Virus record (IMG/VR): IMGVR_UViG_3300024261_000009
Location: 1 to 64,000 of that record
Source of the DNA: a virus
Length of the DNA: 64,000 nt
Strand: one strand, 5' to 3'
The number at the start of each line of letters is the position of its first letter. Position 1 is the first letter of the stretch. A program made the translations under genes and the position numbers. This document shows positions 46,801 through 54,078 of the stretch, one piece after another. Below the pieces are notes generated by a model. The model had not been told where the DNA came from, made no database searches, and worked only from the letters and a program-made list of their open reading frames with translations.

Positions 46801-47159
46801 TTTTGCAGTTCCTCCGTTACAGCGTTACTTATTGACTTTATTCGGTAGATTCTTTTTAGGTCTAAGGCTACGGAGGACCAATCCTTATTAGCTACCTTGG
46901 ATAGGAACTTTATGGGGTCCGCTTCGAACAACCCGGTAGAAAAACATTTTATAAACCCCTTAGTTGTTACTATATGGCAAGAGGGGGTGTTGTCCAACGT
47001 AGGTGAGTAGGGGCTGTGTCCTACTAGTGATTTACCCTTAACTTGCCACCCGGATCCTGGAGAATACCTTTCCAGAAGGGAGGCCCAATCGGACGTAGAT
47101 AGGGATCTCCACACGTCCTTGTATTTATACCCTCTTCTAGGGCTTCTTTTTTCCGCCAC
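43836..47159 (-). CDS. Primase (Toprim)-helicase (P-loop) fusion
   Basis: IIVEGEFD, TADSPEHNGD, KDPDE (DnaG-like Toprim); GTRGSGKS and VLDEFE in C-terminal half. Confidence 0.82.
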   Translation of the reverse strand: MAEKRSPRRGYKYKDVWRSLSTSDWASLLERYSPGSGWQVKGKSLVGHSPYSPTLDNTPSCHIVTTKGFIKCFSTGLFEADPIKFLSKVANKDWSSVALDLKRIYRIKSISNAVTEELQKREDMQKTREATEYALKTCLRMAAEASLDEEADPTFNFAKPCLDYLRKRGVLSPAPCRNDIEILRHLPIGVVPPIKIMNEVLGLESDRCREYLKQWTTAEYTGSLAFVYHSTPTEISAIKLRADFLRPDGRKDFVKVSDQTDDALGFFGLQHYIAKLGTNSSVNSSAIIVEGEFDSIANMAYQIQAGMQYDIVLATGGAAESNLDKLKDFGIKTCLLTADSPEHNGDVIVKNLLRNNRIPMHVFTWPDCVGAKDPDEAIVKYGGVKWLDATMARATDGGHRRNYQYAYQWVLERLHDRLGSVDRDDLRAVREVIIDEGSCLLDPSEQAKYVEEAAILTDISKGEISALIIGQEESEEGYVRRLTTALRTIYMFIGTDTAGGVGRILAWHKIKREMRSWNASRAAELQAALSSDLGNITFWAREQVGVPQFLTQRITANGIRELTLLEQQALQEKYVKIAVEEIIKEMSPLSELKELKAGCHYIPYKDAESTKNRWCIVNGSDVYVGTESSQTDRTLRWNRLDGPKLGKHYFNLIRPSWSEELSSVVDLQGGNESDLPKLFEFLVEAISTGWCFKHQDVDCQYLAAAIMLNPVCSALPRQLYTIINGTRGSGKSSFLGLLTGADGDHRLLESAFGMDNYTTAGFRKEMNNCSLGAVLDEFEDTGSNAQSAHVRGILRDVRSLTSNPEARIVRGNIENKEVTSYTLRCQLWCAAIQYLRDEADVSRFIQIHTVLREGHPNPKVVLREKYGSDLFREFRRKITTGVFRHTPDLLKNIHELRVTYSNPLAMNMLGRSSGVEIPSRFLDGVIIAAAMVWLSGRNPHVFIRDFVIAKSEYLKKVIQGTQKHALFEHILSAPIEYSRPTSEIRHSTVRSILSDPTERSLLNETESGVRYVEFDSKDGTKDNRWLVVIWADALHGVLRGVSTYRRETPNRLKQLADSDVEMVVSEDIVRRVPGGIKRYLKVGVATSDYTVYDVGPMLEEWDTGVSR

Positions 47160-47165
47160 GATTCG

Positions 47166-47984
47166 TCACTTCCTTGCTTGTCTAGCTTTTTCACGTCTTG
47201 CTTTTCTTTCTTCTAGGCACATAATCTTATATTGGCACCAGGAGCAATGCTTTCCTGGGAGTATCTCACCTGTCCCGGCTTCTGTCGCCGCTTTATTTAT
47301 AAACTCTACGGTGGGATGCTCTTCCCAGCCCCCGAAGGAGTTTCTCAGTATTTTATCTCCCCATAGAAGGTCTCCCGTAGAGGTAAAGTACAGGCCGGTT
47401 CTTACGGTATGAACAAAGTCCCAGGTGGTAAAGGCGAGGAGTGAATACGCGTCTAGTTGGTCCTTGGCGTACTTAAGGCTGGGGAATTTTCCTGTCTTAA
47501 GGTCTATTATTACGGCGACTCCGTCCTCAGTTATCAGCGCTCGGTCCATGACGCCTCTAAAGAAGACATCCTTACCGAAAAACCCTGTTGGAGTAAGCTC
47601 CGAGGTCATCCCGAGCCTTACTTCAACAAGGTCCTTCACGACTTTACTTGTTTTCTTGAAGGACTCTATTTTGTCGTTAAAAGCGTGGACGTTGTCCAGC
47701 ATCGATTTGAAATCGTCTTCCTCTTCGTGGACTAGTTGACCTTCCTCTAAGGCTATTATCTCCGCTATTGAAGCCTCCCTACCCCGGGCGGTTTCTTCAG
47801 CGTACTTATGAACCGAGGAACCAACGCGCAACTTAGCGTCATCCAACTCGAAGATTTTTTCTTTTGGGACCACAGTCTTATCTAAGTACTGGTTCTTGAA
47901 CTTCCAGGGGCACTGGATCCCGGTTTTTGCTTTTGAAAGGGACCACGGCGCAAAAGCGGTCGCTTCTGGTGTAAAGAAGGGCAT
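47166..47984 (-). CDS. PD-(D/E)xK nuclease (RecB/Cas4-like)
   Basis: WSLSK...QCPWKF, GVMDR, IIDLKTG, CSWCQYKIMC; likely ATG 47984 after GGAG (track start 47996). Confidence 0.85.
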   Translation of the reverse strand: MPFFTPEATAFAPWSLSKAKTGIQCPWKFKNQYLDKTVVPKEKIFELDDAKLRVGSSVHKYAEETARGREASIAEIIALEEGQLVHEEEDDFKSMLDNVHAFNDKIESFKKTSKVVKDLVEVRLGMTSELTPTGFFGKDVFFRGVMDRALITEDGVAVIIDLKTGKFPSLKYAKDQLDAYSLLAFTTWDFVHTVRTGLYFTSTGDLLWGDKILRNSFGGWEEHPTVEFINKAATEAGTGEILPGKHCSWCQYKIMCLEERKARREKARQARK

Positions 47985-48261
47985 TATTATCTCCAATTTG
48001 TGGGGGAAAGTCTAGGTTGCCTCTGCGGAAGAATTTTGTCCAGACCTTCTTCCTATGCCGGACATTTTTTACCTTACGCGCCCTGAAGTTAGTAAGTTGT
48101 TGTAAGTGTCCCTATTACTATGTAGGTATATAACCACAGTGTAGTTTCTTGCGTTACCTGGTAGGTTACTGTAAGCAAATCTTGCCAGGGGAAAAAACTT
48201 CCTGTACGGGGGCAGCATCAAGTCTTTTGAAGATACCATCTTAGACACCTACTACAAGGCC

Positions 48262-49002
48262 TTGTCTACCGTAAAGGTTCTTGGAAGATCCGAAGAGATA
48301 TCCATGTTCCGTAGGTACAGGTCTTCTAGGGATCCTAAACTTAGGAGACTTCTTGTGGAGAGCTGCTTAAAGCTTGTCTTCTCCTTAGCCCGTAAGTACT
48401 GGCTAGACAGGGATCCTGAGTCTCTTCAGGCGTTAATATCCGCAGGAAACGTAGGGCTCATGGAGGCGGTTGACAAATTTGATCCTGACAGAGGAGCTAG
48501 GTTTGCTAGCTATGCTTCCTTCTGGATACTCATGCACGTTAGAACAGAGCTTACGACCCTGCACGACGTTGTTATTCCTTCTTCAAAGGCAAGAAAACTT
48601 CGCATGAGGGCGTCTTCAACAAGGAAAGAGATGGGGATAGAGGAAAGTCCTAGTCCTAGCTCAATGTACTCAAAGCTGGAAGATGTACCTGAGGCTCTGT
48701 CACGATCTACTTGTTCCGACCAAACCACAACTAGTAGTTACGTGCCCGGGCATTCTATACCCGGCGCAGACGTAACCAAGTTGTTTTCCCGTTGGTTTAG
48801 GTTCCTAACTGTCCGGGAACAGTTTGTACTCCGAGCCTACTACGGCCTTCTCGGAGAAGGAGAGGGTTTAAAGCTACGACAAATATCCTCACATTTAGGA
48901 CTCTCGAGTGAGCGGGTTAGGCAAATTAAGGCCTCTGCGCTAACTAAACTTCGCAGGTGGTTTTCCTACGATGGTGTGGATTGTCCTAGTGACGTCATTT
49001 AG
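48262..49002 (+). CDS. Sigma-70 family factor (group 2/3-like, regions 2 and 4)
   Basis: LISAGNVGLMEAVDKFDPDRGARFASYASFWI; LRQISSHLGLSSERVRQIKASALTKLR. Confidence 0.9.
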   Translation: MSTVKVLGRSEEISMFRRYRSSRDPKLRRLLVESCLKLVFSLARKYWLDRDPESLQALISAGNVGLMEAVDKFDPDRGARFASYASFWILMHVRTELTTLHDVVIPSSKARKLRMRASSTRKEMGIEESPSPSSMYSKLEDVPEALSRSTCSDQTTTSSYVPGHSIPGADVTKLFSRWFRFLTVREQFVLRAYYGLLGEGEGLKLRQISSHLGLSSERVRQIKASALTKLRRWFSYDGVDCPSDVI

Positions 49003-49351
49003 TCTCGCACAGCTCCTTAACAAGGAGCCGTACTTGGTCTTCCGGCACCGGGTGATCCGGGTCAGAAACACATCGGACGGACACATCCGATGTAGAACTG
49101 ACAGTAAAAGACTCCCCGGGAACTAGGACCAGGTTTGCTTTAGCCGTAACCTCCAAGGGGCTCAGGCAGGTAGTACACACGGACGTGGCGTCAGCTATAT
49201 CAACCACCTCTGTAGCTTCCTGAATCAGTCGGGCAGTGGTTTTAAGTTTCTCCCACACTTCGTCAGGGTTGGTGCTCTCCAGTTCTTCCTCGGATTTGGC
49301 AGCAACAATCCCTACCCGTATTCTATGAACGGTTACCTGAAATAGTTTCAT
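48995..49351 (-). CDS. Hypothetical protein with CxxC
   Basis: 118 aa; VCTTC; 4-nt overlap with upstream gene. Confidence 0.6.
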   Translation of the reverse strand: MKLFQVTVHRIRVGIVAAKSEEELESTNPDEVWEKLKTTARLIQEATEVVDIADATSVCTTCLSPLEVTAKANLVLVPGESFTVSSTSDVSVRCVSDPDHPVPEDQVRLLVKELCETK

Positions 49352-49608
49352 AGTTGCTCCATCTGGCTAAGGAAGGTGCTCTCCAGTTCTTCCGTAGTAA
49401 TGAACCCCAAACCTACGTCCTTCGCATATTGTTTAAGCATTTCAAAATCCATTGGTTGGGGGAGGTTTTCTCCGATAAGAGCTCTAAGAAGCCACAGGTC
49501 CTCTTGTTCCAGCACTCGTTTGCGCATGTAAGCTAAGTACTCAGGGTCAATTTCCTGAAGGGCTTCCAAGAGCCGGGTTCCCGCCTCAAGTTCTTTTTCT
49601 CGAGTCAC
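49348..49608 (-). CDS. Small hypothetical protein
   Basis: Likely GTG 49608 overlapping the ParB TAG, GAGG SD upstream (track start 49656). Confidence 0.55.
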   Translation of the reverse strand: MTREKELEAGTRLLEALQEIDPEYLAYMRKRVLEQEDLWLLRALIGENLPQPMDFEMLKQYAKDVGLGFITTEELESTFLSQMEQL

Positions 49609-50489
49609 TAGTTCCTCTTCTCTGAAGAAAGTATATTCTTGTCTACTAGGGCCCACTGAAGTCCTTCTATGTAACCCTCCACCCTCGCTTTAACTTTTCC
49701 GTCAGTGATTAAGACCAGGTCCTTCTGGGAAGCTTCTATCTTAGATACCACCTCGGACACCGTTCTCATCCCAACGGATACGGCAGGTTTTTGCTTCCTA
49801 GGTTTTTTTCGCCGGGAAGTCGTAGCTCCCTCGGCTATAGCTTTATCTGCTAGCTCGGAGGCTCGGAGTTCTACCTGCCGAGAAGACAAGCCTTCCGTAA
49901 CAGCCTCCCGAACCAACTCTTCTCTAAGGGCCTTATCTGGAACAGAAATTATAGCTCTTGCGGAGCTGAAACTCAGCTCTTGCTCCACGAGCGCGTCCTT
50001 AACAAAGTCGTCCGCACTTAGAAGAGCCAGTCTCTGCTGTATAGCTTGTGCTCCAAGACCCATCTTGTCCTGGATATCCGGGGAATCCACCCCACCGTCT
50101 AGCAGTTTTTTAATATGTAAGGCCTGCTCATAGGCTGTCCAGGAGTTCTGAGAGGTATTTAGAGCCAACTGAGTTAACAGCCTTCTATCTCCATCGGAGT
50201 GTTCCGGCAGAACCTCAGCCCAAACGCTATGTAAATTGTGCCCCAAGTCGTCAACAGAAACCCCCTCTTCTAGAAGGCTCTCCAGCGCGGCTAAGCGTCT
50301 GTGCCCATCTTCTAAGGTATACTCTTTACCCTCAGGGTGATCAGCGACTTGCCGGACTCTAATTATGCCCTGAAGTCCAAAACTTTTTATTCTGAGAGCT
50401 AAGGTCTCTATGTCCCCGTAGTCCTTGCGGCTATTCTGGTGTGGATTCGTGTCGATAGATTCTATCTTTATTTCCGTTCGTGTAATCAT
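49608..50489 (-). CDS. ParB/Spo0J-like protein
   Basis: NPHQNSR, LEDGHRRLAAL (arginine patch), YEQA...GLGAQAIQQRLALL HTH. Confidence 0.85.
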   Translation of the reverse strand: MITRTEIKIESIDTNPHQNSRKDYGDIETLALRIKSFGLQGIIRVRQVADHPEGKEYTLEDGHRRLAALESLLEEGVSVDDLGHNLHSVWAEVLPEHSDGDRRLLTQLALNTSQNSWTAYEQALHIKKLLDGGVDSPDIQDKMGLGAQAIQQRLALLSADDFVKDALVEQELSFSSARAIISVPDKALREELVREAVTEGLSSRQVELRASELADKAIAEGATTSRRKKPRKQKPAVSVGMRTVSEVVSKIEASQKDLVLITDGKVKARVEGYIEGLQWALVDKNILSSEKRN

Positions 50490-50803
50490 GTTACCTTCTT
50501 TCTTGGAGTTTTAACTCTTGCGTCTTCAATAACGTTGTCGCAGTTAGTCTGGGTTTCTGTTCCCATTTCAGTTTCAGTTTCAGTTTCTATTCCAAGTTCA
50601 TCCTTCTCCGCGTCCTCAAGAGCTCGTTTTAATAAAGTACTCAGGGCGGGGGCAAGGAACAGGTTGGCCGCTCTTACAACAGGATTAGACTTAGCCAGTA
50701 AGCTGCCGCCTAGTTTAGCAGCAGCCACTATAATAAGGACTAAAGTCTCCCGAGGTATCTTCTTGAGGGTGAGGTATCTCTTCAAATCTTTTTCCCTCTG
50801 CAC
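50486..50803 (-). CDS. Small hypothetical protein with ET-repeat
   Basis: 105 aa; hydrophobic N-terminal half; ETETETE low-complexity stretch. Confidence 0.55.
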   Translation of the reverse strand: MQREKDLKRYLTLKKIPRETLVLIIVAAAKLGGSLLAKSNPVVRAANLFLAPALSTLLKRALEDAEKDELGIETETETEMGTETQTNCDNVIEDARVKTPRKKVT

Positions 50804-51612
50804 TCAGACCAGTGCTGACAAAACCTCTCGCTGCACCACCAATTATCAGGACTGGTCTTTGGAAAAACCCCCGCGCTAATGCTTTCTGCTGCGTCCCGGA
50901 TAAGTTCCCCGGACCAGGTTACCTGCTGAGGGGTTAGGGTTGTTCTAACCTTATTAAACCTGGGAACTTTGCCCTTAATTATATTGTCGTACCCAACAGA
51001 AGCGCAGCCCTCCACATTTGCGTACAAGGCGAGCTGGAGGCTGTTCTCCGCGTCCCTGTCGGGCTTTTTCCTTTTGGTCACTTTAGTATCAATGACCTCA
51101 ACCCCGTTAGCTCCGTCTATCAAGTCTATAACTCCTCGAGTTAGGACTCCCTTAACAGGAACCTCAAAGCTTTTCTCAACGGCTAGAGGCACTATCTCTG
51201 GAGCACGGATCTTATGCCACAGTTTATACGCGGCCCTAACTTTGTCGAGCCAGTGGCCTACGGGTTTCTGTTCCCCGGTATCCGGGTCCTCAAGGGAGTC
51301 CAGTTCCGAAAAGTCAGCACTTACGATAGTGCTGGCTTCGTCCAAGGCTTCCTCTAACTCTCTAAGGGTATTAGTTTCCTGCTTAACTCTGAGAGTGTCT
51401 TCTATGATCTTATGTACGCTACGCCCCGTAGCGGTGGCTACACTACCGCCCCCTCGCTTACCTAGGACATAGGTATGGTAGTATCTCCACCCGCACATAT
51501 AGTACTGACTAACCTGGCTAACAGATATGTAGCCTCGGGGTAGGTTTAGCGAGGAGTCTACCTCGGGCGTGTCTAGATCTGATAATTTTATCTTTTTGAA
51601 GTGTTCTGACAT
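50782..51612 (-). CDS. Second PD-(D/E)xK nuclease (Cas4/RecB-like)
   Basis: ISVSQ...MCGWRY, RGVIDLI, VIDTKVT, WWCSERFCQHWSEC; GGAGG SD before ATG 51612 (track start 51669). Confidence 0.85.
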   Translation of the reverse strand: MSEHFKKIKLSDLDTPEVDSSLNLPRGYISVSQVSQYYMCGWRYYHTYVLGKRGGGSVATATGRSVHKIIEDTLRVKQETNTLRELEEALDEASTIVSADFSELDSLEDPDTGEQKPVGHWLDKVRAAYKLWHKIRAPEIVPLAVEKSFEVPVKGVLTRGVIDLIDGANGVEVIDTKVTKRKKPDRDAENSLQLALYANVEGCASVGYDNIIKGKVPRFNKVRTTLTPQQVTWSGELIRDAAESISAGVFPKTSPDNWWCSERFCQHWSECRGKKI

Positions 51613-52031
51613 AAATCCTCCAGTACTTTTGCCGCTCGAGGTCCGCCCTCTGCCAGTGCGTCTGCCCACTTTGCTTTGGGAGACTCTCTAGGGTGCCAAC
51701 GAAATCGGACTTGGTTTAAATTACGGACACGGTCTAACGCTCTCTGGTGTAGGGGTTTTAGTCCCTTGCTCTTTACGCGGTATACCCCACGAAGTTGCCT
51801 ATCCACCAATTGGCTATCAGTGTAGAGAGTAACTGTCTGGGCTCCTAGAGACTTTGCTTCCTCTAAGCCCCGTATTACGGCTAGGTACTCTGCTACGTTA
51901 TTAGACCCTACTCCGGCTTTCTCGGAGATAGCCGCCATAACGGTACCCTCCGAGTCTCGTATTAAAACGCCTATCCCCATTTTCCCGGGGTTAGGTTTAG
52001 CCTCCCCATCCGTTATAATTTCTAAGTGCAT
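51588..52031 (-). CDS. rnhA: Ribonuclease HI family protein
   Basis: ITDGEAKPNPG, NNVAEY, YTDSQLV, WHPRE...ADALA. Confidence 0.92.
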   Translation of the reverse strand: MHLEIITDGEAKPNPGKMGIGVLIRDSEGTVMAAISEKAGVGSNNVAEYLAVIRGLEEAKSLGAQTVTLYTDSQLVDRQLRGVYRVKSKGLKPLHQRALDRVRNLNQVRFRWHPRESPKAKWADALAEGGPRAAKVLEDLCQNTSKR

Positions 52032-52097
52032 ACTCTCCCCTTAAGGTCTTCTGTCATTTTTTGGTACCTGTTTTTTGTTACCAACAAGTCCGCTCCT

Positions 52098-53984
52098 TTA
52101 TATTTTGTTCGTGCTTACCGTCGCTTTAGACGCGCTTTTAGAGAACTTGCACGCAGGTTCGTAGGGCTTTACCCCTGCAGCTAGGCACTCCAGGGAACGA
52201 TCACAACTAACGCACTCCGGGGTCCGGGTGACCATAGCCGCCACATCTATCTTGGCCGTTAGTAGTTTGCGCGTTGCATCCATAACCGACCCTCGGATTG
52301 CAATAGTTTGAACTAGAAGTTGTTTAAACCCCTTGGCGCGTATACCAAAGTTTCTGTCTAACGACTGTAGCCAGTGATCCAGTCTCCAGTCTAGTTCGGC
52401 GTATATCATAGCAGGGGCCTTAAAGGTCACCCCTATCCCCATCGATATCTGTCCCACCAGAACTCGAGTCTTAGAGTCTTCGTTAAAAGACTTCTCTGCC
52501 GCCTTTAAATCTGGAGTAGTGCTATCATACCGCACCGAGTTAAGCCCCAAGGGATCTAGTACGGATTGTGAGAGCTCGTGAAGGGCATTAAGCATGGCTA
52601 CATGTTTTGCCCAGATAATTACTTTCCTTCCTTCAGCAAGATGGCCTTCTAGAAGCTCCCTAACGGCGTCCACTACAGGGTTTTTTCCGGAGAAGGTTAT
52701 GAGAGAGTTTCCAGGATCCCTTGTCTCCACCTTGCAAGCCTTAGTGTAGGGCTTTACCCCCTCCGCCACGCACTGGTTTAGCCTGGGACAGCCGTCACAT
52801 ATCGTGGGGTTCTTTTTAGACAGGTACAAAAAGCCGCTAGAAAGTTGCGACAACTTACTAAGTGCTACTATTTTTTCCTCTACGTTTAGAGTCCTGTTTT
52901 CTCCGGCAGAGTCTTTTATCTTGACCACTTTTCCGTCTACAATCTGGTTGTACACTTTCCTTAGCGCAGGCGTGGGCTCTATAGTTATGTGGTCAAAACT
53001 TCGTGGAGGAAGCTCAAGGCAGTCTTCAGCCTCTAAAGTTAGGGCTAAGGTTTCGACTTGCTTAGAAAGCAGGTGCATATTCTTAAAGCCTGAGACGGCA
53101 TGCTCGTGGTACCGGGACGGTATAGTGTACCTAGACTTAAAATCCCAGTAACTCGGAACTACGAACTTCCCGAGAAACCTTAGTTGGCCCCACAGGTGGC
53201 GTGGGTCTCCCAAGGACGCGGTCCCGGTTAGTAGCAACCTTCTGGAGGCCTTTTTAGCTAAGTAGTGGACCGCCTTGGTCTGCTGTGACTTGTAACCTCT
53301 CAGCCGATGAGACTCGTCTGCAACTATCATAGTGTAGGGGACCTGCGCGTATATTAGCTCGGAGGCTACTCGAGCCGTGTCATAGGTTATGACTAGAATG
53401 TCGGGAGGGTCTTTTAGTATATCTTTTAGCTTCTTAGCTCTCTGCTTAGGCCCGCTAGCAACCAAGGGTTCCGCCCTAAGCTCTCCTGCAGAATGAATGT
53501 CAGCTTCCTCTTTCCAGGTGTAGATGTTTACGCGTAGCGCGATTACCAAGCAAAGCTGTCTTCGAGAAGGGTCCTTGTTCTTTAGGTGCCTAACGAGGTC
53601 TACCACAATCTTTGTTTTACCGAGGCCTCTTCCTAGAAAGAGCCCATACCGTAGATTCCACAAGGCGTGGCAAAAGGCTGTCTTCTGGTGCGGATAAAAC
53701 GGCGTAACAGGCTCATACCCGTCCGTGTCTTCTCGCTCCATCAATAGAGGCACTCGGTCCTCTTTGGAGACGTGGTCTAAGACCTCCTCGGGGATAACCA
53801 CCGCAGGCAAAACTTTTCCTATATCCTCTACTACCTTTTGGTGGTAAGGGTAGAAAGCTGGGTACGCCCACCTTCCAGAAGGGGTTCGGACGGCACCGTA
53901 TATTTTCTTTTGGGCGGGGGACAAAGCCTCCATTATTATTACTGGAAGGCCGTTATTAAGCATTTCTACTCTAATAGTAGTCAT
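52098..53984 (-). CDS. SNF2-family helicase with two Cys-rich inserts
   Basis: YPHQ, GRGLGKT, ADESH, LTGT, QSLDRN; two CxxC-x5-C-x3-GVKPY-x3-CK modules. Confidence 0.88.
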   Translation of the reverse strand: MTTIRVEMLNNGLPVIIMEALSPAQKKIYGAVRTPSGRWAYPAFYPYHQKVVEDIGKVLPAVVIPEEVLDHVSKEDRVPLLMEREDTDGYEPVTPFYPHQKTAFCHALWNLRYGLFLGRGLGKTKIVVDLVRHLKNKDPSRRQLCLVIALRVNIYTWKEEADIHSAGELRAEPLVASGPKQRAKKLKDILKDPPDILVITYDTARVASELIYAQVPYTMIVADESHRLRGYKSQQTKAVHYLAKKASRRLLLTGTASLGDPRHLWGQLRFLGKFVVPSYWDFKSRYTIPSRYHEHAVSGFKNMHLLSKQVETLALTLEAEDCLELPPRSFDHITIEPTPALRKVYNQIVDGKVVKIKDSAGENRTLNVEEKIVALSKLSQLSSGFLYLSKKNPTICDGCPRLNQCVAEGVKPYTKACKVETRDPGNSLITFSGKNPVVDAVRELLEGHLAEGRKVIIWAKHVAMLNALHELSQSVLDPLGLNSVRYDSTTPDLKAAEKSFNEDSKTRVLVGQISMGIGVTFKAPAMIYAELDWRLDHWLQSLDRNFGIRAKGFKQLLVQTIAIRGSVMDATRKLLTAKIDVAAMVTRTPECVSCDRSLECLAAGVKPYEPACKFSKSASKATVSTNKI

Positions 53985-54078
53985 ATCGGTAAACCTCCTC
54001 TATAGTTATCGGGAATACAGTGTGTACCAGTCATATACTTATGCCAGCAAAAACGCTTTTATTTAAGGAGGTTTTACC

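Noticed and set aside
2838-48101. AAGTTGTT near two sigma genes
   Set aside because: An 8-mer seen at only two sites is expected by chance in 64 kb
50560-50595. (GAAACT)n microsatellite on the minus strand
   Set aside because: A short in-frame hexamer run encoding ETETETE; length change would not shift the frame, so no sign of phase variation
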